This document shows, piece by piece, positions 17,793 through 28,086 of a DNA stretch of 64,000 bases. The position numbers and the translations under genes were made by a program. Below the pieces are notes generated by a model. It was not told where the DNA came from, ran no database searches, and saw only the letters and a program-made list of their open reading frames with translations. Location: the IMG/VR virus record IMGVR_UViG_3300028888_000047, positions 32,001 to 96,000 of that record, one strand, 5' to 3'. The DNA is from a virus. Its lineage: Duplodnaviria; Caudoviricetes. Every line of letters starts with the position of its first letter. Position 1 is the first letter of the stretch.

Positions 17793-18155
17793 TCAAATTA
17801 AATTTTCCAAACAATATTTAATTGCTGCTTCTGCTGCTTCTTCGTAACCAAGATATAATTTGTCATCTATATAGCAATGTTTGGCATTTTCAGGAGTAAC
17901 AACAAAAACTTGATATTCAAATCGTTTCTGATTCCATATTGGTACAATATCAATATTTATATTATGCACTTCTCTCAACCACTTCATTGCCATTTGAAGT
18001 GTTGGTGCAGAACATTCATAAGGGTCTAAATTGTCACTCCACTTAAATACTCCTTTTGAGTTATAAGAGTGTTGGCATTTATATTGTTCAAACCCTTTTT
18101 CTTTTAACAGCTTTGCTATTTCAAAAGAGACATAATCTTCAGTAATTGTTGCCAT
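17793..18155 (-). CDS. paralog family B
   Basis: Same blocks. Confidence 0.85.
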   Translation of the reverse strand: MATITEDYVSFEIAKLLKEKGFEQYKCQHSYNSKGVFKWSDNLDPYECSAPTLQMAMKWLREVHNINIDIVPIWNQKRFEYQVFVVTPENAKHCYIDDKLYLGYEEAAEAAIKYCLENLI

Positions 18156-18162
18156 AGTTATT

Positions 18163-18567
18163 TCAAATTAAATTCTCTAAACAATACTTTATTGCATCAT
18201 CTAATGCAATTTCAGGGGATTCATATAAATTTCCCGAATCAAATAGCACTTTAAGTTTCATCAAAATAGTATATTTCCACAAGCATCCACCTTCACCATC
18301 GTCATCAGTTACTAACGGTAATGAAACAATACATAAGTTATGTTTTTTTCTTAACCACTTCATTGCCATTTGATGAGTTGGCATAGTATAATAAAATTCT
18401 TTAAGTTTAGGGTCATCTGAACTATATGTTAAATGCTTTTCTTTCAGTTCTTTAATATAGGCATCTGCTGCATTTTTATCATATGTAGTAATGATGCTAT
18501 GTCCTTTAAACCCCTTCTCTTTCAATAGTTTTGCTGTTTCAAAAGAAACGTAATCTTCTGTAATCAT
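18163..18567 (-). CDS. paralog family B
   Basis: Same blocks. Confidence 0.85.
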   Translation of the reverse strand: MITEDYVSFETAKLLKEKGFKGHSIITTYDKNAADAYIKELKEKHLTYSSDDPKLKEFYYTMPTHQMAMKWLRKKHNLCIVSLPLVTDDDGEGGCLWKYTILMKLKVLFDSGNLYESPEIALDDAIKYCLENLI

Positions 18568-18729
18568 ATTCTAATCTATTTCTATTTATAAGTTTCCAGT
18601 GTATCTTGCAAAATCTTCACATATATCACAATAGCCTATGTAAGTATAGTTACCACATTTTCTTTTGTCATTTTTATAATACCAATATGATGGAATTTCC
18701 TTTCCACACTTAATACATTTCATAAATTT

Positions 18730-19194
18730 CTATTTTGTTATATTATACATTCCTTCAGGTGCTTCTAATGCAAGGCCTTTCTCAATCAAGCCACGGTAAT
18801 CAAAATGATGAGCATTAAGCCAATCAATAGAAAAAGCAGAGTCCGATGCATCTGGAATATCCATTTCATCAGATATTTTTTTCTTAAAAATATCAAGCGT
18901 CAGTTTTGCAGAACCTGAAGCCCATTCGTTTCTCTCTTCCTCAGTCATAGAAGACATTGGACGGAGATATGGTTTTACATGTTCAACAGGGAAAACCCCA
19001 AAATCATATCCAATTGCATTATGAAAAGTACAACTTCCTTTTTTGGGGTCAATTGTTTCCAATATATCATCCGTATATTTATCCTTTTCGTTAAGTGCTG
19101 GAGATTTAGGGCCATACCATACATTACATTTAACATTATAAGGCGACCTTGCACAAAGGTCTCTCAACAGTAGTTTTTTATCTTCTTGTTTCAT
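18730..19194 (-). CDS. paralog family A
   Basis: Same blocks. Confidence 0.85.
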   Translation of the reverse strand: MKQEDKKLLLRDLCARSPYNVKCNVWYGPKSPALNEKDKYTDDILETIDPKKGSCTFHNAIGYDFGVFPVEHVKPYLRPMSSMTEEERNEWASGSAKLTLDIFKKKISDEMDIPDASDSAFSIDWLNAHHFDYRGLIEKGLALEAPEGMYNITK

Positions 19195-19195
19195 A

Positions 19196-19561
19196 TTACA
19201 ATTCTGTTACTTTCAGTATTAAGTCAAAAATTTTCCTTCTTTTTTTATTGAGGATTTCCATTGCTTTTTGTTTTGCGTCTTCTTTATTGATATACAGGTA
19301 GTCTGTGACCATTTTTTGGCTTCCATAGAATCCTGTATATACTATTCTTTCTAATACAGTTGTATCTGTATTTTTTTCAATTCTGAATTCTTTTCCACCT
19401 GCGCAATAAATTATCACATCATCATTGGTAAACTGTATGATATGTGATTTTGTTATTACAGTTATTTTTCCCGTATTTTTTGTCACCATATACAGTGGTA
19501 CATTTATATCCTTATATGGTGCTTTTTTAGCATCATCGATTAAGTTTTTAAATGTATTCAT
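19196..19561 (-). CDS. hypothetical protein, paralog of 12285..12683
   Basis: Shared motifs. Confidence 0.7.
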   Translation of the reverse strand: MNTFKNLIDDAKKAPYKDINVPLYMVTKNTGKITVITKSHIIQFTNDDVIIYCAGGKEFRIEKNTDTTVLERIVYTGFYGSQKMVTDYLYINKEDAKQKAMEILNKKRRKIFDLILKVTEL

Positions 19562-19563
19562 AC

Positions 19564-19935
19564 TTATTTAATTATATGTTCCAAACAATATATAATAGCT
19601 ACTTCACAAGCATCTTCAAATTTTCTATATGATATACAATCATGTGAAATAGTATCGCTTTCTATTCTTGGTAAATATTCTTTATGAGAACGAAGTGGAA
19701 TAATAGATATATCAATATTATGTACTTTCCTTAACCACTTCATTGCCATTTGAAGAGTTGGAGCAGAATAGCATCGTCTTTGTCTAAAGCATTTATAATT
19801 ATTCCAATCAATTTCACAAATATCACAAAACCCAAATCCACCTTGGCCATCATAGTGACTTCTTGTTGGAACATGAAACTTCTTGCTTTTCAACAGTTTC
19901 GCCACCTCAAATGAAACATAATCTTCTGTAATCAT
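19564..19935 (-). CDS. paralog family B
   Basis: Same blocks; 114-bp exact identity with 17294 copy. Confidence 0.85.
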   Translation of the reverse strand: MITEDYVSFEVAKLLKSKKFHVPTRSHYDGQGGFGFCDICEIDWNNYKCFRQRRCYSAPTLQMAMKWLRKVHNIDISIIPLRSHKEYLPRIESDTISHDCISYRKFEDACEVAIIYCLEHIIK

Positions 19936-20097
19936 ACTAATTTATTAAATTAATGTTATATAATTTATAAACTTCTTGTATCTCAGAATATTTAACTTGA
20001 TGATTTAATCGTTTAACAACATCATCAATCTCTGGATTTACTATATATTTTTTACAATAAATTATTGCAGTATAGATTCTATCTCTTCGTTCTTTTG

Positions 20098-20574
20098 TTA
20101 GCATAATTTATTTTTATACATTCCTTCAGGTGCTTCTAACGCAAGACCTTTTTCAATCAAGCCACGATAGTCAAAATGATGAGAATTGAGCCAATGAATA
20201 AATTCAAGAATTAAATCCATATTAACCTCTCTTATTTCTCTATATGTGGTAAGAGGTTCATAATTTCCGTCTCTATCATACGTTCCACCAGTTTCAAATA
20301 TATGAACATTATCTAAAACACCATCACTATAAGAGAAATGAAATTTAAGTTCCATATGCAGTTTCTCTTCCTCAGTCATACTTGACATTGGTCGAAGATA
20401 GGGTTTACAATCTGTCCACCAACCACTGCCAAGTTCAGCTATATATCCAATATTGCCATAGCCTAATTCAACACGGCCCTCCTTATTTTCTCGATTCTTA
20501 TATGCTACTATTACTCCATATGGCAACCTTGCACTGAGGTCTTTTAACAATAGTTCTTTATCTTCTTGTGTCAT
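20098..20574 (-). CDS. paralog family A
   Basis: Same blocks. Confidence 0.85.
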   Translation of the reverse strand: MTQEDKELLLKDLSARLPYGVIVAYKNRENKEGRVELGYGNIGYIAELGSGWWTDCKPYLRPMSSMTEEEKLHMELKFHFSYSDGVLDNVHIFETGGTYDRDGNYEPLTTYREIREVNMDLILEFIHWLNSHHFDYRGLIEKGLALEAPEGMYKNKLC

Positions 20575-20766
20575 AACTTTACTATTACCTAAGTTGATAC
20601 CACTTTACTAAGAAAATCACGAAAGCAACAAGTTCTAAGGCTGTTGCAGTAAGCCACATATACGTCATACTCTTACAAATTAAAAATGTCTTTATACATA
20701 CTTTTGATACTCCCCATATCTTGCTAGTACTGGCGTGAATGATTTCATTTTTTAGAAATCATATTT

Positions 20767-21108
20767 CTATACTATTGGTGTGTTATTGTGCTTTTTATGT
20801 ATGTAGAAGTATCTATGTGCAGTAAAGAATGGTATAACTTCTCCGTCTGGCGCGACATAGTTATCATCTATGATGCTATCAATTCTGAAAATTGTTTTTC
20901 CGTCTGAGATAATATCACCTACTTCAAACACATTTTGTTTTTGCTGATATTTGTTACCTTTTTCTTTCACGAATCGTTTTAGTGCATCTTCATAGATTTT
21001 TTGCTGTCCTTCAATTGTATTGAGTGAACTTATTCTATAATAATTCATTGCGTCTTTGATGCATCTATGTATGAGCATCATATCTTCCCATTTCAAATCT
21101 TCAATCAT
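20767..21108 (-). CDS. hypothetical protein
   Basis: 113 aa, F.VGD.I motif. Confidence 0.7.
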   Translation of the reverse strand: MIEDLKWEDMMLIHRCIKDAMNYYRISSLNTIEGQQKIYEDALKRFVKEKGNKYQQKQNVFEVGDIISDGKTIFRIDSIIDDNYVAPDGEVIPFFTAHRYFYIHKKHNNTPIV

Positions 21109-21120
21109 ACGGGTTTATTT

Positions 21121-21459
21121 TTATGCTTTTTCTATTGGAAATCCATTGCTATCTTTTTCTATTCTTGCTGTATATATTTTCGATATAGTGTTAATCATTT
21201 TTCGAACTACCTTAATATCATCAGCAGTTTTCAGCATATCTAGAAACGCAAGCATTGTTTCAATCATGTCGCCGCGACCATATCTTTTGCCAATGTCAAA
21301 TGATTCTGTCTGGCCCCAAGTAAAACAATTTCTTCCGAAGCTTTCGAATGCTTGCGGTATATTATCTTTCGTGAATTCATACGTTTCAGATATGCATCTA
21401 TATGAATCTGTTTCTAATATCCCGGAGTTATTCCAAAAATCTTTAAAATCTTTAAACAT
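21121..21459 (-). CDS. hypothetical protein
   Basis: 112-aa ORF in operon. Confidence 0.7.
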   Translation of the reverse strand: MFKDFKDFWNNSGILETDSYRCISETYEFTKDNIPQAFESFGRNCFTWGQTESFDIGKRYGRGDMIETMLAFLDMLKTADDIKVVRKMINTISKIYTARIEKDSNGFPIEKA

Positions 21460-21659
21460 AATCTCAGTTATAATTTTTTATTTTTCCATATTTCTCTATA
21501 TTTCTCAATGCGGTCATCCATTGATAATGTATTGCTTTTTATTTCAATCCATTCATCACGTGTGATTCTATATTTGATTATTTCATATACCTCTTTTTCA
21601 GGTATATTATCAGTAATATCTTTGAATATTTTTGGTATTCCACTTAATTTTTCCATTTT

Positions 21660-22406
21660 TTAAATTACCGTATTAAATGATGAACCTTTAAATGGTGTTA
21701 TAATTGTTTTCCCATCTTTTTTCTCCATTATATCATGCGTATTCCCAAAGAATATTTTTTCGCAGATGAATCCTTCTTTATATCCGGTAGTTGGAAATTT
21801 GAAGTTTTTATCTGTTAACATTTCAAGTGGTGTTTTATATTTGAAGTCTATAACACGTCTTTCTTGAATCCAATAATCTGATTGGGGTCTTTTTCCAAGT
21901 TCAATTATTTCAACGTGTTTATAGCACTGCCATTTATATTGTGTGCGTCCATTGATGAATGATTTATATCCATGTTTTAATTCATTAAATACATCTTCTA
22001 TATTTACTTCTTGTTCATTATTTGTATAATGTATAATTGGTGTTCCTCCAAAGCAGAATCCAAGTCTTGCTCTTATTTCTGCCACAGTAAATGATGTATC
22101 AATTCTTGAAGTAATTTCATCTGCTAGCTCTTCGTTTGATGAATGTTCAAGTCTTCTCTCATACATCATTCTATAGTCCTCATGTGATGGAATATAGAAT
22201 GTGAATGTTCCTTCTTCAACTATTTCTGGCTTAAGGAACTTAAACAGGTTTGTTTTATATTCCATTGCGTCATTAAGTTCCAGTTTTATAGCTCTATCCT
22301 CATGTATTGTTGTTTCTATGTCATCCACTTCACCTCTTTCATTTTTTGTGAATGCTTTGAGGTATCTATGGCTATAGCCGAATCTTATAAGATATTTTTT
22401 ATCCAT
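21660..22406 (-). CDS. hypothetical protein
   Basis: 248-aa ORF. Confidence 0.75.
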   Translation of the reverse strand: MDKKYLIRFGYSHRYLKAFTKNERGEVDDIETTIHEDRAIKLELNDAMEYKTNLFKFLKPEIVEEGTFTFYIPSHEDYRMMYERRLEHSSNEELADEITSRIDTSFTVAEIRARLGFCFGGTPIIHYTNNEQEVNIEDVFNELKHGYKSFINGRTQYKWQCYKHVEIIELGKRPQSDYWIQERRVIDFKYKTPLEMLTDKNFKFPTTGYKEGFICEKIFFGNTHDIMEKKDGKTIITPFKGSSFNTVI

Positions 22407-22522
22407 ATTTACGTTATATTTGTGTTTTATTATTTACTGACATACCAAGTTCAAATAAATGCTTGGCAATATTCACAAATTGCTCAATACTAATATTTGC
22501 AAATTCACAGCCAATTCCTTCA

Positions 22523-22735
22523 TCAACGGGGGGTACAATCTTTCCATTGAGAGTCTATTTCTTTCTCCAAATCCACCTCTTTCACTTCAAGGGTGTCAAG
22601 TTTACTTTTCAGCGCATATAAAGCACAGTTATTACCGTCACGATAAGCACAATCATACTCTTCGTGATACTTGCCTTTATCTATAAGTTTCTCTATCTCC
22701 GCTACTAAAGCAGATTTTAAAATGTACTGTGCCAT
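22523..22735 (-). CDS. paralog family D (QYI.KS.LVA.IEK ... DT.EVKEVDL), possibly frameshift-truncated
   Basis: Similar to 23002..23307; FFELG-like tail (AKHLFELG) continues in another frame near 22445-22520. Confidence 0.65.
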   Translation of the reverse strand: MAQYILKSALVAEIEKLIDKGKYHEEYDCAYRDGNNCALYALKSKLDTLEVKEVDLEKEIDSQWKDCTPR

Positions 22736-23001
22736 TATTATTTACCTTTCACTTTGTATTTTGTTTTACCTTTCAAATAGCGATAATCTCTATAGTCTCC
22801 TTTTATAAGCCTATGTTCAAATAGTGCGCGTATATAATCTATCGTTGCCATAACTTATTTACATCTTTTATGCTTACTCTTTTGAAGTTTCTCGTTCTTT
22901 CCAAACAAATCTCCAAAACCACTTACAATTTTGTTATCAACATCAAATTGTTTATCTTTTCTTATTCTTTCTTGTGTTTTATGGTGAATATTTTTCATAT
23001 C

Positions 23002-23307
23002 TTACTCTCCTTTCTGTGCTTTTAGTCCAAGTTCAAAGAAATGTGTTGCTATGTTGTATAGAGTTCCCCAGCCAAAATCTCCATCGGGCTTATAAATTTT
23101 AACGACTCTATCAAGCTCATCCTTAATGTAATCCAAGTCCACCTCTTTCACTTCAATGGTGTCGATTATATCTTTAGCCATTTGAAGCCCATAAACCCTA
23201 TTCTTTTCATCTAAAGGAATTCCAACATATTCTCTACCTGCGTAGATACGTTTAATTTCTTTTTCTATCTTCGCTACTAAAGAGGATTTTGGTATATACT
23301 GTTCCAT
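23002..23307 (-). CDS. paralog family D
   Basis: Ends A.HFFELGLKAQKGE. Confidence 0.75.
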   Translation of the reverse strand: MEQYIPKSSLVAKIEKEIKRIYAGREYVGIPLDEKNRVYGLQMAKDIIDTIEVKEVDLDYIKDELDRVVKIYKPDGDFGWGTLYNIATHFFELGLKAQKGE

Positions 23308-23310
23308 AGT

Positions 23311-23523
23311 TTAATATCCAAAATAAAAATCATCGTTCAATTGAATTTTCTCATTACATTCTGGGCAGTCTATATATTCATGGTGGATAAGGCATTCATC
23401 TTCATCTTTATAAACATCCTCTTTCCCAAAATTTAACACAGTGCCGCAGCAAGGGCATTTCACTGTATAGTTGACATAATCCTTAATGTCTCCACTATGC
23501 CTTTTTGATAATTTATTAATCAT
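23311..23523 (-). CDS. zinc-ribbon protein
   Basis: CPCC ... CPEC. Confidence 0.75.
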   Translation of the reverse strand: MINKLSKRHSGDIKDYVNYTVKCPCCGTVLNFGKEDVYKDEDECLIHHEYIDCPECNEKIQLNDDFYFGY

Positions 23524-23527
23524 ACCA

Positions 23528-23776
23528 TTACTCTCCTTTCATATATTTTTTAAATGTATCAATGAATCTTTCTTGTAATGATAAATGTTCTATACCGCCT
23601 TTATGTGTTACATCTATGTAGTCAGTAACATTTAAAGAAATGAACCCACAAGCCTTCTTAATAAAGTCATCAGTACGAGCGTACTCAATTTCTTCATCAG
23701 AGTCTTTACGTGCATAGGTTTTCAATGAATCATCAATCGGTAAATAAATTTTCTCTGGTGCTTCTTTTGCTTTCAT
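23528..23776 (-). CDS. hypothetical protein (APEKIY ... EY.RTD.FI family)
   Basis: 82 aa. Confidence 0.7.
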   Translation of the reverse strand: MKAKEAPEKIYLPIDDSLKTYARKDSDEEIEYARTDDFIKKACGFISLNVTDYIDVTHKGGIEHLSLQERFIDTFKKYMKGE

Positions 23777-23779
23777 AAC

Positions 23780-25081
23780 TTATTCATCCCTTAGTTTCAT
23801 TAAATCATCCAGAAGTTCTTGTAGTTTGGACGCAGGATAGCCCAATGAATTATAATGTTTAATCGCATCAGAAAGGCATTCTAATTGTATATCACTCGGC
23901 TTCCATTGTGACTGAGGTCTGAGTGATTTGAGCTTATTATAAAGCCAATTTCTTGCTTTATTTAAATCTTCTTGACCATTTGTATTGTTTCTTTCTTCAC
24001 GAAGTCTGTAATAACATTCAAGAGCCGCACAAATATATGAAGCATTTCTTTCATCCTCATCACTCCACTCTTGCTGTGGAAGTACTCTGTCTTTTAGGGA
24101 TTTGAGCCAATTTATTTTATCATTTCCTATACCCTCAGCCACATTACCATGTAGTACCTCCATCCAAACATCATTAATTATACTTTTTGTAAATATTTCA
24201 TCCTCTTCACTCCAAGCAGCAGTCTTCTGCTCAAACATTCTACGAAAACTGTTATCTTGAAGATTCTTTTTTATTTGTCTTTTATCTACAATCTCCTTTA
24301 ACTTTTTCTTTTCAAAGTCAAAGGTATATCCTGCATCAGACATTGCTTTCATCAGAGCATCATACTGTTCTTTTGTAGCTGGTTTACAGTTTGTTGCACT
24401 ACCAATGAAATGATGTTTACCTTCTCTGAAACCGTCTTCTGAATCATATGCAAAATAGCATTCTACATTACCTCTTTCATCTATATTTTTGAATATAAAA
24501 GTTTCATGACTTGCTGTAGATGAAGTAAAAAGCACATCACCATCCTTTGCATCTTGGATGGTCCAAAGATGATAAAAATGTTCAACCTCACGGAAAGAAA
24601 ATGCCATATCATTCCCATAAATAGAAATTACATCATATTTCTCATTAGATATACCAGTTATTAAGAACGGAGTTTTAACGTTATTATCTATAATCCAATC
24701 ACCAACCTTAAACTTTGGTTCAATCTTATCGGTGGGCTTCTGCTTAAATATCTCAAACTTATCTTGATTACAGACAAGGATTGTATTCTCACCATCCCAA
24801 TAGCAGTCATCCTCAATCATGTCGATATGGAATGGCTCTTTTTCAATGTAAGTTCCATCCTTTGCTATTATTGTATCACCAATTCTGAATATCGGTGTAA
24901 GCTTCTGCTCACCTTGCTTTTCAAGCCAAGTTATCCAACTTGCTCTTTCTTCATCATCATCGTGAACATCATAAAGATAATTAAGTAGTTCTATCCTTAT
25001 CCTCTCATCCTCGCTCTCTTTGAGTTCGGGGAAGATTTCATCAGCAACATTAGAACCAAATCTAATTGATAATTCTTTCAT
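23780..25081 (-). CDS. modular repeat protein (ESEDERIR, F..GD, WTIQDAKDGDVL, WS.EDE modules)
   Basis: 433 aa with internally repeated modules. Confidence 0.8.
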   Translation of the reverse strand: MKELSIRFGSNVADEIFPELKESEDERIRIELLNYLYDVHDDDEERASWITWLEKQGEQKLTPIFRIGDTIIAKDGTYIEKEPFHIDMIEDDCYWDGENTILVCNQDKFEIFKQKPTDKIEPKFKVGDWIIDNNVKTPFLITGISNEKYDVISIYGNDMAFSFREVEHFYHLWTIQDAKDGDVLFTSSTASHETFIFKNIDERGNVECYFAYDSEDGFREGKHHFIGSATNCKPATKEQYDALMKAMSDAGYTFDFEKKKLKEIVDKRQIKKNLQDNSFRRMFEQKTAAWSEEDEIFTKSIINDVWMEVLHGNVAEGIGNDKINWLKSLKDRVLPQQEWSDEDERNASYICAALECYYRLREERNNTNGQEDLNKARNWLYNKLKSLRPQSQWKPSDIQLECLSDAIKHYNSLGYPASKLQELLDDLMKLRDE

Positions 25082-25301
25082 AGTTTCTCTATTTGTTTAT
25101 TTATATTTTCAAGTCTTTCTTTGGCTATGTTTTTAACTATTTCTTTAAATTTTTCATCTTTAATTTTATGATAAGTAAAATCATGCCAACATGTAGAATA
25201 GTGTACAATAGCAATGTCACCGTCTCCTTTAATAAAATCTTCGTATTCGTCTTTTAATTTAGACAACTTTTCGTATTCCTCAATCTGATTTTTTGTCATA
25301 A

Positions 25302-25655
25302 TCACAACAAATTTAATTCATTTAAACGTATAATCATTTTCACGCAAGCATCAACAGGATTGTTTGCTGTTACATCAATATAACCAGTATAAATAATAGA
25401 ATTTTCTTCTAAATCTAATAATGGTTTTAAATTATATATCTTAGGTAGAGCTTTAAGCAATGCTGCAAGACTCCAACAAGGCAAATCATTTTCTCGAATT
25501 ACATTTTTTCCTGTGATAAAGGATTTTGCCAAAACGCAATCCCCATAACCGGTTATCATGCCCCCACTATAATATCTATAACACATATCCGCACTTTCAA
25601 GCGGAAGAATCTTACTAAGGACTTTTGACTGTTTTATATCAGTATAACTTTTCAT
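25302..25655 (-). CDS. paralog family C
   Basis: Same blocks; 72-bp exact tail shared with 15594 copy. Confidence 0.85.
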   Translation of the reverse strand: MKSYTDIKQSKVLSKILPLESADMCYRYYSGGMITGYGDCVLAKSFITGKNVIRENDLPCWSLAALLKALPKIYNLKPLLDLEENSIIYTGYIDVTANNPVDACVKMIIRLNELNLL

Positions 25656-26032
25656 AACAAGTCTTTTTCATGTAACTTAATAATCAAATTGTAGCAGGCA
25701 TCAACAGGGTTATCATAATTATCTGTTGCTTCAATGGGACAATCAAACATATTAACGCTCCATTGCCCCATAAAAGATGATAAATTTGCACTTCCATCAT
25801 CATCAATTTCACTTGCTATTTTTGCTAATATGTTAAGCAATGCTGACAAGCTCCAACAAGGAATTGCGTCAATATGTAACAAATTTTTAGAAATAGACAT
25901 GTCTGCATAATTACCAAAGTCAATTCGATAATTATCGCCAATTCCTTTTTCATAATACATATCCGCACTTTCAATCGGCAGTATTTCTGCCAACTTTTTA
26001 CTTTGTTCTAAGTCTGTATAACTTTTAATCAT
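25652..26032 (-). CDS. paralog family C
   Basis: Same blocks. Confidence 0.85.
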   Translation of the reverse strand: MIKSYTDLEQSKKLAEILPIESADMYYEKGIGDNYRIDFGNYADMSISKNLLHIDAIPCWSLSALLNILAKIASEIDDDGSANLSSFMGQWSVNMFDCPIEATDNYDNPVDACYNLIIKLHEKDLL

Positions 26033-26359
26033 ATAACTTAATAGTTATTTGTTTAACACCTAGTTTCATTAAAAACTCCATGTAATTATAGTTAATATAA
26101 ATTGTTGCCATAGTTATATCTCCTTTATTTGTTATGCTCCAAAGATACGAATAAAAAATGACAAAACCAAATATTTTGCGTTAAATAAAGTTAAAGGGTA
26201 GAAGAATTTTCCTCTATCCTTTTATTGTTATTAGTGGTCAATTTGAGAATTGTATGAACTTCTATAGATACCTTGTTCTCGTTCTTTTCTATATTGTTCT
26301 TCTAGCCATTTATCTTGTTCAGACTCATAGGCGTGATTTCCGTATTGGCTTGCCATAGT

Positions 26360-26563
26360 TTATTTTTCTTGTTTTCCAATTTGTTCCAGTTCTTTTGCGC
26401 ATTGTTTCATATCTTTCAATTCTTTTTCTAGATATGTTGCAACGTCATTGCATAAATCAGAGACACGAATACATCCTGTATCAGTGTTTTTGTTTTCATT
26501 TTCTTTTGCGCACTGTCGTAATGCCCCAATAGCTTGAGATAAATTATTCTTTGTAATTTCCAT
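26360..26563 (-). CDS. hypothetical protein
   Basis: 67 aa. Confidence 0.65.
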   Translation of the reverse strand: MEITKNNLSQAIGALRQCAKENENKNTDTGCIRVSDLCNDVATYLEKELKDMKQCAKELEQIGKQEK

Positions 26564-26585
26564 AATTTTTTTATCTTCCTTATTA

Positions 26586-26834
26586 TTAGTTATTTTTTCT
26601 CATTTTGCAGTATTTACAGTTTCCCTTATGTGTAACTCCTACTCCCACTCCTTCAAGGAGAGCGTTTTCGTCTGTTGCCACCACATACTCACAGCTATCA
26701 TATTCTATTGTGCATAGTTGTACGCTACGGTTTGTGGCGTTTTTATGTTCTACAGATGCTTCATCACAGCCAATGAAGCACATTATTGTCATTAAGACAA
26801 CATTACAAATTGAAAACCAAAATAGTTTTTTCAT
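26586..26834 (-). CDS. putative lipoprotein (HKGNCKYC family)
   Basis: Signal peptide ending FIGC; DSCEY and THKGNCKYC. Confidence 0.75.
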   Translation of the reverse strand: MKKLFWFSICNVVLMTIMCFIGCDEASVEHKNATNRSVQLCTIEYDSCEYVVATDENALLEGVGVGVTHKGNCKYCKMRKNN

Positions 26835-26864
26835 ATCATCTATATTCTACTTTATTGCTATTGG

Positions 26865-27269
26865 TTATAATTCTATGAACATTCTTTGTTTTGACCCTTC
26901 AGGTTTATTCTTTTCTTCCTCGTTAGTGAATTTAAATCCTTCTGATGCGTAGAAGTTGATTAAATCCTCTTGCAGTAGTGTGCCGAAACTCTGTGCATCT
27001 AGTACCAATACCTTTCCTTTATAATCTTCTTTAATTCTTTTTATAAGTTGCCTACCATATCCTTTCCTTCTATGTTCACCATATACTAAAAATGAACCTA
27101 GGTAGTAAATGTCTTTTTCCTCTTTCTTTGTAAATGGATGTTCTTTAACTGCTGATGAAAAGACTGCTATTTCGCCAATTTTATTACCATCATCAAGCAT
27201 TTCGTAGAAGGTTGATTCTATTCTTCTACCTGGTACTGCTGGGTACCACCTTTTTTCGATTGTAATCAT
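26865..27269 (-). CDS. GNAT family acetyltransferase
   Basis: HRRKGYGRQ and LINFYASEGF. Confidence 0.85.
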   Translation of the reverse strand: MITIEKRWYPAVPGRRIESTFYEMLDDGNKIGEIAVFSSAVKEHPFTKKEEKDIYYLGSFLVYGEHRRKGYGRQLIKRIKEDYKGKVLVLDAQSFGTLLQEDLINFYASEGFKFTNEEEKNKPEGSKQRMFIEL

Positions 27270-27482
27270 CTATATTCTTCAATTAAACAATCTCCTGGAA
27301 TTACTTCTCTTGCTCCGCTATGTGGGCCATTTTGGTATTCGCATAAGATACCTTTATTACCATGAGGGTCTGTACCTATGCCAAAGCATTTTACAAAGAT
27401 GTTTGTACCTTTGATTCTAACGTCACAGTTTTGTACTCAGTATTTATATTCTTCTGGTTTCATAACACTTGTTTTATTCATA

Positions 27483-28073
27483 TTACTCTATACTTTTGAG
27501 TTCTTCTTCTAGTTTTTTAATTTTATTTCTTGTTGTTTCTAGTCCTTTTGCTGCTTTCTTTTCGTAGTTTTTTAGATTTTTAAGTTCCTTAGTGAGTCTA
27601 TCACTTTTTTCCTTATTTATCTTTTTTAGAATGTCCTCAACTGAGTTTATTTCATTTATTGTTTTTGGAGATTGGTATATATCTCCGTTTTGTGTAAGTT
27701 CGAAATATCCGACTCTACCTTCTTTAACGTCCAGTGTAACTCTTTGATTATCGTGCATCCACGCTGAGAATGTGATGGGTTTCTTTGATGTTTTTATGTC
27801 CACATTATATTCAACATTATGTTTCCAGCACAAATGTCCTTTTTCCTTCTTTGTTTTTATTTTTGCCTTAGCTTTTTCTTTTGTGATGCCTAGGATTAAA
27901 GCCACTGTGTTGGTGAATGCTTCATCGAATTCTTTTTTTGCTTTTTTGATTTCTTGTTCAGTCATCATAAAGCCGCCATCATCGAATGGTACGCCAAAGT
28001 AGGCGTGTATGCTTGAGATACGTGGTCTAACCTCTTCAAGAGTAATATTAGATTTTACAAATGTTTTATCCAT
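27483..28073 (-). CDS. hypothetical protein with C-terminal coiled coil
   Basis: 196 aa. Confidence 0.75.
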   Translation of the reverse strand: MDKTFVKSNITLEEVRPRISSIHAYFGVPFDDGGFMMTEQEIKKAKKEFDEAFTNTVALILGITKEKAKAKIKTKKEKGHLCWKHNVEYNVDIKTSKKPITFSAWMHDNQRVTLDVKEGRVGYFELTQNGDIYQSPKTINEINSVEDILKKINKEKSDRLTKELKNLKNYEKKAAKGLETTRNKIKKLEEELKSIE

Positions 28074-28086
28074 AATTTTTAACTAA

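Noticed and set aside
13845-26032. Diversity-generating retroelement or shufflon
   Set aside because: No reverse transcriptase or recombinase in the window, no adenine-specific TR/VR pair, and all paralogs are in one orientation
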